Assembly (NCBI GenBank): GCA_043744715.1
Contig: JAYTUE010000082.1
Span: 1,884-65,883, forward strand
DNA length: 64,000 nt
Direction of reading: 5' to 3'
Origin: Verrucomicrobiota bacterium
GTDB taxonomy: Bacteria; Verrucomicrobiota; Verrucomicrobiia; Limisphaerales; CANJSG01
Shown: in pieces, positions 10,558 to 20,080 of the stretch
Position numbering within the stretch: position 1 is the first letter of the stretch
How the letters are laid out: each line of letters begins with the position of its first letter
Notes under the pieces: generated by a model
The model's database searches: none
Told to the model about the DNA's origin: nothing
What the model saw: the letters and a program-made list of their open reading frames with translations, nothing else
Position numbers and translations under genes: made by a program

Positions 10558-11139
10558 GTGAAGCCCCACTTCGACGAGCAATCGATCCTCGCCATCGAAC
10601 GCCCGCACAAGAGCCTCTGGTCCTACTACCTTCTCTGCTCCGTCGCGTTTCCGCCCGCCTTCCCGTTCCTCGTCCTCCCGAACTGGTTCCGCTACCACAC
10701 GCTCCGCTACAAGTTCACCGCCGAGGGCGTGTCGATGAGCTGGGGCATCCTCTTCCGCCGCGAGATCATCCTGAACTACGCCCGCATCCAGGACATCCAC
10801 CTCCGTTCGAACATCGTCGAACGCTGGTTTGGCCTTTCTCGCATCCTCGTCCAGACGGCCAGCGGCAGCTCTTCGGCGGAGATGACCTTGGAAGGGTTGA
10901 AGGAGTTCGAGGCGGTGCGCGACTTCCTCTACTCCAAGATGCGCGGGGTGAAAGATCATCCCTCCCAGGCCGCTCAACCGCCGTCGCACCTGCTCCCCAT
11001 CATCCCCGCAGGTGAACTCGGGCTGGCCTCCACGCTGAGGGAAGTGACCGTCGAACTCCGCGCGATCCGACTCGCCCTCGAAGGACGCGGCATCGCGCCG
11101 GCGACACCGGGAAAGGAGGCGGGCCATGACGCTGTTTGA
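10558..11139 (+). CDS. YdbS-like membrane protein with bPH_2 (DUF304) domain
   Basis: Two TM helices followed by RYKFTAEGVSMSWGILFRREIILNYARIQDIHLRSNIVERWFGLSRILVQTA. The start is uncertain: GTG at 10558 is chosen because the longer ORF overlaps the kinase gene. Confidence 0.65.
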   Translation: MKPHFDEQSILAIERPHKSLWSYYLLCSVAFPPAFPFLVLPNWFRYHTLRYKFTAEGVSMSWGILFRREIILNYARIQDIHLRSNIVERWFGLSRILVQTASGSSSAEMTLEGLKEFEAVRDFLYSKMRGVKDHPSQAAQPPSHLLPIIPAGELGLASTLREVTVELRAIRLALEGRGIAPATPGKEAGHDAV

Positions 11140-12082
11140 GAAACTGCGCTCGCGCATCCTCAGGTTCCTGAGGGTGCCGCATGAACCGGAGCCGCCGCTC
11201 GGTGCCCCTGACTCGATCCGCGTCTTCCGCGCTGCCAGGAATTTCTACAAGCTCCGGCTCTTCGCCTGGGGCGTCGGCCAGTTCTTCGCGCTGCTGGGCA
11301 TTATCTTCTGGATCGGAGTCATCGCCGTGGCGGAAAGGGAAGCCCGGGCGAAGAGGGAATCGACAGCCGTTTCCCAGTCAGCAGCCCCAGCTCCAGGCAT
11401 CGAAGAAACACCGGCCACTCCGGCCCCGAGCGCAAGCAACTCCACGGATGGAGCGGGGGCATCCGCAGCGAAGAACAAGAAGAAGCCCCGCGCCCGCAAC
11501 GACCCCATCAAGGAGTTCGTGACCATGACGAGCAAAATGCCTCCGTGGGCCTTCACCACATTGTGGACCCTCAAGATCGTCTTCTTCTTCGTCTACCTCG
11601 GCCAGGCGGCGGTCACCTACGCGATCCTCCGGCTCGATTACGAACAGCGCTGGTATATCGTGACCGACCGCAGCCTGCGCGTCCGCAGCGGCCTTTGGAG
11701 CGTGCAGGAGATGACGATGAGCTTCGCCAATCTGCAACAGGTCGCCTTGTCGCAGGGGCCGTTGCAACGGCTGCTTGGAATCGCCGACGTGCGCGTCCAA
11801 TCGGCCGGCGGAGGCGGTGCCAGTCCGGGCCACAAGGGGCAGGACCTTTCGTTGCACACCGGCGTCTTCCACGGTGTCGACAACGCCCAGGAAATCCGCG
11901 ACCTGATCCTCGAACGGCTGCGTCTCTTCCGCGAAACCGGACTGGGCGATCCGGATGAAGCCCAGCGTGCCCATCCCGAAGCGCCTTCGACTCCTACGTT
12001 GCACGCGCAGGATCCACTGGCCTTGGCGGCGGCCAAGGAGTTGTTGGACGAAGCACGCGCGCTGCGGCGCGTGCTCGGGTGA
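11126..12082 (+). CDS. YdbT-like membrane protein with bPH_2 (DUF304) domain
   Basis: 318 aa with TM helices and RWYIVTDRSLRVRSGLWSVQEMTMSFANLQQVALSQGPLQRLLGIADVRVQSAGG. It overlaps the preceding bPH_2 gene by 14 nt, indicating an operon. Confidence 0.7.
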   Translation: MTLFEKLRSRILRFLRVPHEPEPPLGAPDSIRVFRAARNFYKLRLFAWGVGQFFALLGIIFWIGVIAVAEREARAKRESTAVSQSAAPAPGIEETPATPAPSASNSTDGAGASAAKNKKKPRARNDPIKEFVTMTSKMPPWAFTTLWTLKIVFFFVYLGQAAVTYAILRLDYEQRWYIVTDRSLRVRSGLWSVQEMTMSFANLQQVALSQGPLQRLLGIADVRVQSAGGGGASPGHKGQDLSLHTGVFHGVDNAQEIRDLILERLRLFRETGLGDPDEAQRAHPEAPSTPTLHAQDPLALAAAKELLDEARALRRVLG

Positions 12083-12137
12083 TGACAGTCCGTTTTGGAG
12101 ATCGACGAACCGGCAAACTTCCCTCGCATCGGTGGCT

Positions 12138-12241
12138 CTACGGAATCGCAAGCTGCCGAAACTCGCCCGGCTGGATGGTCATCACGGCTGCGAGGATCTG
12201 GGATTCGGCCATGGGACACACTCGTCCAGGAGCATCTTCAT
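12138..12241 (-). pseudogene. Degraded DUF5615 (Mut7-C/PIN-like toxin) remnant downstream of the DUF433 gene
   Basis: An ATG overlapping the DUF433 stop (ATGA) opens MKMLLDECVPWP, a typical DUF5615 N-terminus, but the frame stops after 19 codons. A second frame continues ESQILAAV..T.QPGEFRQLA. There is room for only about 50 codons before the convergent gene. Confidence 0.4.
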
Positions 12242-12450
12242 GCCGCGGTGAGAAGCGCGGATTCGGAACGCTCCAGAAGGCGGCAGGCCATCTCACGGGT
12301 GACGGATGGAAAACATTCCAGGAATTCGTCGAGGGAATAGCTCGCCTCAAGATAGTCGAAGAGGCTCTTCACGGGCACGCGCGTTCCCTTGAACACGGGA
12401 GTGCCGCCGAGGATGTCCGGATCAACGGTGATAAGGTCGCTCGCATTCAC
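12238..12450 (-). CDS. DUF433 domain protein (antitoxin-like)
   Basis: 70 aa; ITVDPDILGGTPVFKGTRVPVKSLFDYLEASYSLDEFLECFPSVT matches the DUF433 signature. Confidence 0.8.
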   Translation of the reverse strand: MNASDLITVDPDILGGTPVFKGTRVPVKSLFDYLEASYSLDEFLECFPSVTREMACRLLERSESALLTAA

Positions 12451-12569
12451 GGGAGAAGCTTATCCTTGTCTTGCCCAGAGCGTAAAGCCCGTTGCCAGGG
12501 GAGTGCCTTCAACCAACGCCCAAGTCCCGCGTCTTGCTTCCCGTGCGGATGTGCGCCTAAAACTCTCCC

Positions 12570-13910
12570 ATGTCTCCCCAAGCAACCACTCCGCTTTCCC
12601 GGCGCCGTTTCCTCACCACCAGCGCCGTCGCCGCTCTGGCTTTTCCGTTCGTCAGCCGCCTCGGGGCCGCGTCCGCCAATGGCCTGCTGAACCACGCGAG
12701 CTTCGGCGCTTCCGGCATGGCCGGCGCCGACCTCACCTCGATCACCGCGACCAAACTGGTCAACCTGGTGGCCGTCGCGGAGATCGACGAGGCGAGGACG
12801 GCCGAACTGCGGAGGAACCATCCCAACACCCGCGTCTACCGCGACTGGCGCGAGCTGCTGGACAAGGAGGCCAAGAACATCGAGTCGGTCAACGTCTCCA
12901 CGCCCGACCACATGCACGCGCCCATCGCCCTGGCCGCGATCCAGCTGGGCAAACACGTCTACGGCCAGAAGCCCCTTACCCAAAACGTCTGGGAAGCGCG
13001 CCAAGTCACCCTCGCCGCGCGCAAGGCCGGCGTCGTCACCCAGATGGGGATCCAGATCCATTCCCACGTCGCCTACCGCACCGCCGTCCAGCTCATCCAC
13101 GACCAGGCCATCGGCAAGGTGAAGGAGGTCCACACCTGGAGCAGCAAGAAGTGGGGTGACCCCACGCCGCTGCCGACCACGAGCGATCCGACCCCCGACG
13201 GCTTCGACTGGAATCTCTGGCTCGGCGTCGCCGCCGACCGGCCCTTCATCAAGGGCTACTACCATCCCGGCAACTGGCGCAAACGGCTCGACTTCGGCAC
13301 CGGCACCTTCGGCGACATGGGCTGCCACATCTACGACCCCGTCTTCAAGGCGCTCAACCTCACCGCGCCCATCTCCCTGCGTTCCGAAGGCGAACAGCCC
13401 ACCGCGACCAACTGGGGCATCAACGCGGTCATCCACTACATCTTCCCCGGCAACGAACTCACCGCCGACAAGACGGTGAAAGTCACCTGGTATGACGGCG
13501 ACATGCGCCCGCCCGGCAGCGTGCTCGAAGGCCTCGGCCCCGACATCAAGCTGCCCGACCAGGGCTCCATCTTCCTCGGAACAAAGGGCGCGATGCTCCT
13601 TCCGCACATCGGCACACCCGTGCTTCTCCCGAAAGCCAACTTCATGGAGTTCGCCCTGCCCAAGCTCGCGCAGGTCGACCACTACCGGCAGTTCGTCGAG
13701 GCCTGCCAGGGCAAGGGCAAGACCTCGGCCCACTTCGACTACGCGGGCGCGCTCACCGAGACGATCCTCCTCGGCGGCGTGGCCACGCGTTTCCCCAAGA
13801 CGACCCTCGAATGGGACGCCGCGAAGATGACTTTCAAGAATCTGAACGAAGCGAACCCGTTCCTCCGCCGCGCCAGCTACCGCAAAGGCTGGGAGCCGAA
13901 GTGGGTGTGA
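12570..13910 (+). CDS. Gfo/Idh/MocA-family oxidoreductase with Tat signal
   Basis: 446 aa with a twin-arginine leader SRRRFLTTSAVAALA, a Rossmann N-terminus and EKPL-type motif (YGQKPLTQNVWEA). Confidence 0.8.
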   Translation: MSPQATTPLSRRRFLTTSAVAALAFPFVSRLGAASANGLLNHASFGASGMAGADLTSITATKLVNLVAVAEIDEARTAELRRNHPNTRVYRDWRELLDKEAKNIESVNVSTPDHMHAPIALAAIQLGKHVYGQKPLTQNVWEARQVTLAARKAGVVTQMGIQIHSHVAYRTAVQLIHDQAIGKVKEVHTWSSKKWGDPTPLPTTSDPTPDGFDWNLWLGVAADRPFIKGYYHPGNWRKRLDFGTGTFGDMGCHIYDPVFKALNLTAPISLRSEGEQPTATNWGINAVIHYIFPGNELTADKTVKVTWYDGDMRPPGSVLEGLGPDIKLPDQGSIFLGTKGAMLLPHIGTPVLLPKANFMEFALPKLAQVDHYRQFVEACQGKGKTSAHFDYAGALTETILLGGVATRFPKTTLEWDAAKMTFKNLNEANPFLRRASYRKGWEPKWV

Positions 13911-13926
13911 AACAGCCGACCGTCCG

Positions 13927-14352
13927 ATGGGCTTCTCGCCACTCAATGAAGAAAGTATTGCGCTACTCGAACAAGAGCGCCGGTTGGTTCAGAGCATCGT
14001 CGCATCTAAGTATCATGGCGTTTACCTGCTCGGAACTTCTTCGGACACAGAAGTCCTCCAACTGATTATCGATGATGGCCCGCATACCGACTCTCTGGAA
14101 ACCGAACTCCTAGCTTTGGGCACTTGGTTCGGAGACCTGGTCGCCCAGGTTTTAGGGCTTGAATGGGTGCTGTTCAGTGACGAGCACGGCACTGACTTGG
14201 GGCTCCGATTTGGAACCTCGTTCATCACCGTGTTTCCACGGGACATGATGATCAAGCGTGCTGAAGCCGGGGAGAAGATTGACGTCCAGCATCTTTATGA
14301 CGACCTCATAAACGAGATCAGAAAGATTGTCGCATCGGGCGACTTTCAGTGA
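13927..14352 (+). CDS. Hypothetical protein
   Basis: 141-aa ORF with lower G+C than its neighbours. It is acidic and has no signal peptide. No family recognised. Confidence 0.5.
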   Translation: MGFSPLNEESIALLEQERRLVQSIVASKYHGVYLLGTSSDTEVLQLIIDDGPHTDSLETELLALGTWFGDLVAQVLGLEWVLFSDEHGTDLGLRFGTSFITVFPRDMMIKRAEAGEKIDVQHLYDDLINEIRKIVASGDFQ

Positions 14353-14440
14353 GTCATTGCTTGCCTCGCCCTGCCTTCAAGAGCCCAGCCTGAGCGCCCT
14401 CGGTTGACTTTCACCTGTCCGGCCCCTATCCCAACGCGCG

Positions 14441-15292
14441 ATGTCTTCCCCGACGGCGCCGAATTCGTATCCCAGGCTGCTGCGGCCGTTTGCTCCACGG
14501 CCGCAGATCTCCCACGTCGTCTTCGATTTCGACGGCACCCTCTCCTGGCTCCGGCACGCCTGGCCGGAGATCATGCTCAACCTGTTCCTGGAATACTTCC
14601 CCATCCGACCTGGGGACGATCTGGCGGCCATCAAACAGGACCTGATCATCGACATCCTCAGCCTCAACGGCCAGCCCACCGTCTTCCAGATGCGGAGCTT
14701 CGTGGAACGAGCGCTGGCCAAGGGCGGACGCCCTCCCAAGCCCGAGGAGCTGCTCGTCGCCTACCAATTCCGCCTCGACGAGGTGATCGACGAACGCACC
14801 GACCGCATCAAGGACGGCTCGGCCTTCCCGGACCACTTTGTCGTCTTCGGCGCGCGCGCCCTGCTACGGCGTTTGGCCGAACGCGACGTGACTCTCTACG
14901 TCCTCAGCGGCACCCACATCGACCGTGTGCTGGAGGAAGCGGCCTTGCTCCAGCTCGCGGACTTTTTTGAGGACCGCATCTTCGGCAGTCCGGCGGACGC
15001 GACGGGCTTCTCCAAGCGGATGGTCTTCGACCGCATCCTCGCCGAGGAAGGCATCCGCGGGGACCAACTTCTTTCGCTCGGCGACGGGCCGGTGGAGATC
15101 CGTCACACCGCCGAGCTGGGCGGAATTGCCGTCGGCGTGGCCAGCGACGAGGACCAGAACGGTTCGGGCCAGTGCGATCCCTGGAAGGAAAAGCAGCTCA
15201 ACGAAGCCGGCGCCCACCTGATGCTGGCCGACTACCGCGATCCGGACGCCATCCTCGACCAAATCTTCGGCGCCCCTCCCGCCATCGCATGA
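14441..15292 (+). CDS. HAD-superfamily hydrolase/phosphatase
   Basis: Motif I VVFDFDGTL, motif II LSGT and motif IV SLGDGPVE. It is the first gene of a translationally coupled operon. Confidence 0.8.
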   Translation: MSSPTAPNSYPRLLRPFAPRPQISHVVFDFDGTLSWLRHAWPEIMLNLFLEYFPIRPGDDLAAIKQDLIIDILSLNGQPTVFQMRSFVERALAKGGRPPKPEELLVAYQFRLDEVIDERTDRIKDGSAFPDHFVVFGARALLRRLAERDVTLYVLSGTHIDRVLEEAALLQLADFFEDRIFGSPADATGFSKRMVFDRILAEEGIRGDQLLSLGDGPVEIRHTAELGGIAVGVASDEDQNGSGQCDPWKEKQLNEAGAHLMLADYRDPDAILDQIFGAPPAIA

Positions 15293-16395
15293 CTCCCAGC
15301 CCGCTCGACTGGTCCAAGCTGCGCGTGTTCCCCCTCGCGGAGCGCCGCAGCCTCAGCAGGGCGGACACGTTGGAGCCGGACCTTGCCTCGCCGCTTCCGG
15401 AATGCACCGGGGACGCCCTCGGCAAGGTGGCCATCGCCGCGAACCGCATTCGACAAGCGAGGGCGCGCCACGCCGGGGTCCAGCTGATCTACGGAGCGCA
15501 CCTGCTCCGCAACGGCGGCGGCGCGGTCATCCGCGAACTCCTCCGCGAAGGGCTGGTCACGCATCTGGCCACCAACGGCGCGGGCACGATCCACGACTGG
15601 GAGTTCTCCTTCCTCGGTCGTTCCACCGAAAGCGTGGCACAGAACGTCGCCACCGGAACGTTCGGCACCTGGGATGAAACGGGCCGCAACATCCACCTCG
15701 CGCTTCTCGCGGGCGCGCTCGACGGGCTCGGCTACGGGGCCAGCCTCGGGCGGTTCATCGCCGAGGACGGCTGCACGCTTCCTTCCATCGACAGCCTTGA
15801 AACCTGGCTGCGCGACGAACCGTCATCGCCGTTCTCGCCCGCCCGGGCCGATCTGCTTCAGGCCATCCGACAACACAACCTGCCCGTCGGACGCATCCAT
15901 GTGGAACATCCTTGGAAGCGCGTTTCCATCCTCGCGGAAGCGTGGACGAAGGGTGTTCCGCTGACGGTCCATCCGGGCATCGGCTACGACATCGTCGCGT
16001 GCCATCCCATGTTCAACGGCGCCGCCATCGGCCGCGCGGGGCAGATCGATTTCCAACGGTTCGCCGGAGTCGTCGAGACGTTGGACGGGGGCGTGGTCCT
16101 CTCGATCGGTTCGGCCATCATGGGTCCGCAGGTCTTCGAGAAGGCCTTGAGCTGCGTGAACAACCTGCGGATGAGTTCCGGGCGCGGCATCGTCTCGGGC
16201 CACGAGATCTTCGTCGTCGATCTCCAGGACGGCGGCGGCTGGGACTGGACAAAGGGCGAGCCGCCCAAGACGAACGCCGCCTACTACCTCCGCTTCTGCA
16301 AGAGCTTCTCCCGGATGGGAGCGCCGATGCACTACGCCTCCTGCGACAATATCGTTTTCCTCCGCCACCTTTGGGCGGCCCTGAAACCCGCGTGA
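15289..16395 (+). CDS. Conserved hypothetical protein (possibly deoxyhypusine-synthase-like fold)
   Basis: 368 aa from an ATG overlapping the upstream stop (ATGA). LIYGAHLLRNGGGAVIRELLREGLVTHLATNGAGTIHDWE weakly resembles DHS-like proteins, but the assignment is tentative. The longer track ORF (15172..) is an in-frame extension into the HAD gene. Confidence 0.55.
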   Translation: MTPSPLDWSKLRVFPLAERRSLSRADTLEPDLASPLPECTGDALGKVAIAANRIRQARARHAGVQLIYGAHLLRNGGGAVIRELLREGLVTHLATNGAGTIHDWEFSFLGRSTESVAQNVATGTFGTWDETGRNIHLALLAGALDGLGYGASLGRFIAEDGCTLPSIDSLETWLRDEPSSPFSPARADLLQAIRQHNLPVGRIHVEHPWKRVSILAEAWTKGVPLTVHPGIGYDIVACHPMFNGAAIGRAGQIDFQRFAGVVETLDGGVVLSIGSAIMGPQVFEKALSCVNNLRMSSGRGIVSGHEIFVVDLQDGGGWDWTKGEPPKTNAAYYLRFCKSFSRMGAPMHYASCDNIVFLRHLWAALKPA

Positions 16396-17471
16396 ACCTG
16401 ATCCGCTTCAAGAAAATCATCACGGGGTATCCCAAGATGCGCGTGGCCGTCATCGGCGACTTCTGCCTCGACCGCTACCTCGAGATCGATCCGTCGCGGG
16501 CCGAGGTTTCCATCGAGACGGGACTGCCCGTGCATAACGTGGTCAGCGTCCGCGCCCAGCCCGGCGGCGCTGGGACCATCCTGAACAACCTCGTCGCCCT
16601 CGGCGTGGGCGAGATCTATCCGGTGGGGTTCTGCGGCGACGACGGCGAAGGATTCGAGCTCCGCCGCGCCCTCAGCAGCATGCGCGGAATCCGCCTGGAC
16701 CACTTCATCACCACCAGGCAGAGGCGCACCTTCACCTACTGCAAACCGCTGATGATGATGCCAAATTCGCCGCCGGAGGAACTGAGCCGGCTGGACTCGA
16801 AGAACTGGACCGAAACTCCGGGCGAAGTCCAAAGCCGCCTGATGGATGGCATCAAGGACCTCGCCGGCCGGGTCCACGCGATGATCCTCCTCGACCAAGT
16901 CGACATGCCGGACACCGGGGTCGTCACGCGGATGGTCCGCGACACCGTCGGTTCCGCCGCGCGGATGTATCCCTCGCTCACGGTCGTGGCCGACGGGCGC
17001 CGGGGCCTGGCCGGTTTTCCTCCCCTCCTTTTCAAGATGAACCTGGCCGAGCTCGCCCGCACCGTGCCCCTTCCAGCGGATCCAGGCGAAGAGACTGTCA
17101 TCGCCGAGGCGACCGGTCTCGCAGTCAAAAACAAACGGCCGGTCGTCATCACCATGGCGGATCGCGGCATGATCGGCGTCGCGGCCGACGGCAAACTCTC
17201 CCGGCAGCCCGCACTGTCCCTGCGCGGACCGATCGATGTCGTGGGGGCGGGCGACTCCGTGACGGCCAACCTCACGACCGCGCTCGCCGCCGGAGCGACG
17301 ATGCCGGAGGCCTTGGAGCTGGCGACGGCCGCGGCCTCGACCGTGATCCATCAGCTCGGGACCACGGGCACGGCCACGATCCTGGACCTCTTCGGCATCA
17401 TCGCGGCCAACATTCCTCCCGAGCCGGCACCGGAAGGGACGGAGTTTCTGACGCGCCGAAGCCAGCAGTGA
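16392..17471 (+). CDS. PfkB-family carbohydrate/sugar-phosphate kinase (RfaE domain I-like)
   Basis: MRVAVIGDFCLDRYLEID, GGAGTILNNL and C-terminal DVVGAGDSVTA (PfkB signature). The GTG start overlaps the upstream stop (GTGA); an alternative ATG lies at 16437. Confidence 0.8.
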   Translation: MNLIRFKKIITGYPKMRVAVIGDFCLDRYLEIDPSRAEVSIETGLPVHNVVSVRAQPGGAGTILNNLVALGVGEIYPVGFCGDDGEGFELRRALSSMRGIRLDHFITTRQRRTFTYCKPLMMMPNSPPEELSRLDSKNWTETPGEVQSRLMDGIKDLAGRVHAMILLDQVDMPDTGVVTRMVRDTVGSAARMYPSLTVVADGRRGLAGFPPLLFKMNLAELARTVPLPADPGEETVIAEATGLAVKNKRPVVITMADRGMIGVAADGKLSRQPALSLRGPIDVVGAGDSVTANLTTALAAGATMPEALELATAAASTVIHQLGTTGTATILDLFGIIAANIPPEPAPEGTEFLTRRSQQ

Positions 17472-18643
17472 ATGCCTCTCTCCCATTCCCGAAGAACGCC
17501 GCGCAGGCAGGGCGGAGTCGCCGCTCCGCCTCGGCATCACGCCTACCCGAAAAGACTGCGATCCAAGGCTGCACGGCAGCGCAGCCCTACCTGCCACACC
17601 TTCTCCCGACGTTGCTCGTTCTCCTGATCGCCTTTCTTTCGGGATGCGCGACTTCTTCAACTCCGGCCACATCGCTTCGCCGCTTTGAGTTCACCGAACC
17701 GCAGATGGGCGTGCCGTTCCGGATCGTCTTTTATGCCACGGACCAGTCCCACGCGAATGCCGCCGCCGACGCGACGTTCGCGCGTATCCGCCGGCTCAAT
17801 GAAATCCTCAGCGACTACGAATTCGACAGCGGACTCAGCACGCTCTCGCGCTCGTCCGGCTTCGGCACAAACGTGGCCGTCAGCCCGGAGCTGTGGTTTG
17901 TCCTAAGCCGGGCCCAGGAACTTTCCCGTCGGACCGACGGGGCGTTCGACATCACCGTCGGCCCCGTCGTCAGCCTGTGGCGCAAGGCGCGGCGTGAGAA
18001 ACGCCTGCCAGATCCGGCGCGGCTGGCCCAAGCCATGCGGTCGGTCGGATGGACCAATGTCGTGCTTGATGCCCGCACGCATTCCGCGCGTTTGCTCAGG
18101 CCTTCCATGCGCCTCGACCTCGGTGGAATCGCCAAGGGATACGCGGCGGACGAAGCCCTGAAGGTCTTGAAACAGCACGGCATCACCCGCGCCCTCGCCG
18201 CCGCCGCAGGCGACATCACCGCAGCCGACGCACCTCCTGGAAAACGGGGCTGGCGGGTCGAGGTTCCGGCGCTGGACGTGACGAACGCGCCTCCCGCCCG
18301 GCAGCTCCTCCTGCGCCATGCCGCCGTTTCGACGAGCGGCGACCTGTTCCAGCACATCGAGATCGATGGCGTCCGCTATTCGCACATCGTGGATCCGAAG
18401 ACGGGCCTTGGCCTGACCGACCACAGCCTCGTGACCATCATCGCCCGCGACGGGATCACAGCCGACAGCCACTCGAAACCCCCCAGCATCCTGGGGCCGG
18501 CAGAAGGGATGAAGTTCATCGAACGAACACCCGGCCTGGCCGGACTGATTGTCCGAAAGCCGGCTGACCGCATCGAAACGGCGGAGTCGTCGCGGTTCCA
18601 GCGATGGCTGGACGTTGAAGCAGGTGGGCAAGGGAGAAAGTGA
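17468..18643 (+). CDS. apbE: FAD:protein FMN transferase (ApbE family) lipoprotein
   Basis: Lipobox LLIAFLSGC, plus DLGGIAKGYAADEA and AAVSTSGD motifs. The GTG start overlaps the upstream stop, and the true start is uncertain. Confidence 0.8.
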   Translation: MNASLPFPKNAAQAGRSRRSASASRLPEKTAIQGCTAAQPYLPHLLPTLLVLLIAFLSGCATSSTPATSLRRFEFTEPQMGVPFRIVFYATDQSHANAAADATFARIRRLNEILSDYEFDSGLSTLSRSSGFGTNVAVSPELWFVLSRAQELSRRTDGAFDITVGPVVSLWRKARREKRLPDPARLAQAMRSVGWTNVVLDARTHSARLLRPSMRLDLGGIAKGYAADEALKVLKQHGITRALAAAAGDITAADAPPGKRGWRVEVPALDVTNAPPARQLLLRHAAVSTSGDLFQHIEIDGVRYSHIVDPKTGLGLTDHSLVTIIARDGITADSHSKPPSILGPAEGMKFIERTPGLAGLIVRKPADRIETAESSRFQRWLDVEAGGQGRK

Positions 18644-18778
18644 GCCAGGGAGCATAACTCCGGTATCTGGCATCCGGCATCCGGCATCGGGTATCAGCTC
18701 CGCAATTCCGGATTTGTCACCCTCCCGGCATCATTTCAAGCTTCCTTCCGGCCTCCGCCTTCGGCATTCGTCTTCGGC

Positions 18779-20065
18779 ATGTTCACCCGCCTGCTTCTGC
18801 TCCTTGCGTTTTCGCTCCCCGCCTTCGCCGGTCCGTTGGAGGACTACGTCTCCAAGCCCGATAGCGCGTTCAACTGGAAGATCGTTTCTTCCATCCAAAC
18901 CAACGGCATGACCGTGGCGCGATTGGAGATGACCTCGCAGCAGTGGCGTGAACACACCTGGAAACACTCCATCGTCATCGTCACGCCGGCCCAGGTGCGC
19001 AATCGCGAGCACGCCTTCCTCTTCATCTCCGGCAGCGGCAACGGCCTCCAATACGTCTCCATGCTCGCCACCATCGCCGAACGCGCGGGATGCATCGCCG
19101 GCGTCATCACCGATGTGCCGAACCAGCCGCTCTACGGCGGAAAGAAGGAGGACGCCCTCATCGCCTACACCTTCTCCGAATACTTGAAGTCGAAGGATCC
19201 CACGTGGCTGCTGCTCTTCCCAATGGCCAAGAGCGCCGTTCGCGGACTCGACACGTTGGCCGCCTACGGAGCCGAGACCAAGGCCGCCACGCCGACGAAG
19301 TTCATCGTCTCGGGCGCCAGCAAACGCGGCTGGACGACCTGGCTCACCGCCGCCACCGACAAGAGGGTCGTCGCCATCGCGCCAATGGTCATCGACGTGC
19401 TCAACATGTCCGCGCAGGTGAAGTGGCAGCGCAAGGTCTACGGACGCGACTCCGAGCAGATCAAGGACTACACCGAACGCGGACTGACCGACGTCTTCAC
19501 CAATCCCGACATGGCCGACCTCCGGGGCATGATCGACCCCTACACCTACCGCGCCCGCTACACGATGCCCAAGCTGATCATGCTCGGGAGCAATGACCCC
19601 TACTGGACCGTCGACGCCCTCCGCTTCTACTGGAACGACCTGCCCGGCCAGAAACTCATCCACCAGACCGCCAACGCCGGCCATGATCTCAACGGCGGCA
19701 AGGAAGCCATTCCCACCCTCGCCACCTGGACGCAAATGATCGCGGACGGCGAAAAGCTCCCAGAGATGAAGTGGACCTTCACCGACGGCAAACCCGCCAA
19801 GATCACCGTGGAGGCCGGCCAGCCGATCAACCGCGGCCTCTTCTGGACCGCCACCTCGACCAACCGCGACTTCCGCAAATCCGCCTGGTCTAGCCAGCCG
19901 CTCACAATCGCCGGCTCCAAACTCTCCGCCGAAGGCACCGCGCCCGAAGGCGGCTGGAGCGCCGGCATGATCCACGCCGAGTTCACCTCCAAACGCGGCA
20001 ACAAGGCCTGGTTCTCCACCGAAGCCCGCGTGACCCCGGATGATCCGAAGCCGGAAGGGAAGTAA
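18779..20065 (+). CDS. PhoPQ-activated pathogenicity-related (PqaA/PF10142-like) exported protein
   Basis: Signal peptide, then PLEDYVSKPDSAFNWK ... LEMTSQQWREHTWKHSIVIVTP ... SGASKRGWTTWL, as remembered for the PhoPQ_related family. Confidence 0.65.
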   Translation: MFTRLLLLLAFSLPAFAGPLEDYVSKPDSAFNWKIVSSIQTNGMTVARLEMTSQQWREHTWKHSIVIVTPAQVRNREHAFLFISGSGNGLQYVSMLATIAERAGCIAGVITDVPNQPLYGGKKEDALIAYTFSEYLKSKDPTWLLLFPMAKSAVRGLDTLAAYGAETKAATPTKFIVSGASKRGWTTWLTAATDKRVVAIAPMVIDVLNMSAQVKWQRKVYGRDSEQIKDYTERGLTDVFTNPDMADLRGMIDPYTYRARYTMPKLIMLGSNDPYWTVDALRFYWNDLPGQKLIHQTANAGHDLNGGKEAIPTLATWTQMIADGEKLPEMKWTFTDGKPAKITVEAGQPINRGLFWTATSTNRDFRKSAWSSQPLTIAGSKLSAEGTAPEGGWSAGMIHAEFTSKRGNKAWFSTEARVTPDDPKPEGK

Positions 20066-20080
20066 GCGAGTCCACACAAG

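Noticed and set aside
10465-11157. N-terminal 231-codon extension of the histidine-kinase ORF (track 9349..11157).
   Set aside because: The extension is antisense to the bPH_2 gene and has no kinase-related sequence. The first TM helix of the sensor starts right after the Met at 10464.
15172-15288. Upstream in-frame extensions of the operon genes (track ORFs 15172..16395 and 15912..17471).
   Set aside because: The extensions overlap the preceding genes and translate to Arg/Pro-rich sequence. Start codons that overlap the upstream stop (ATGA/GTGA) give proteins beginning at conserved N-termini.
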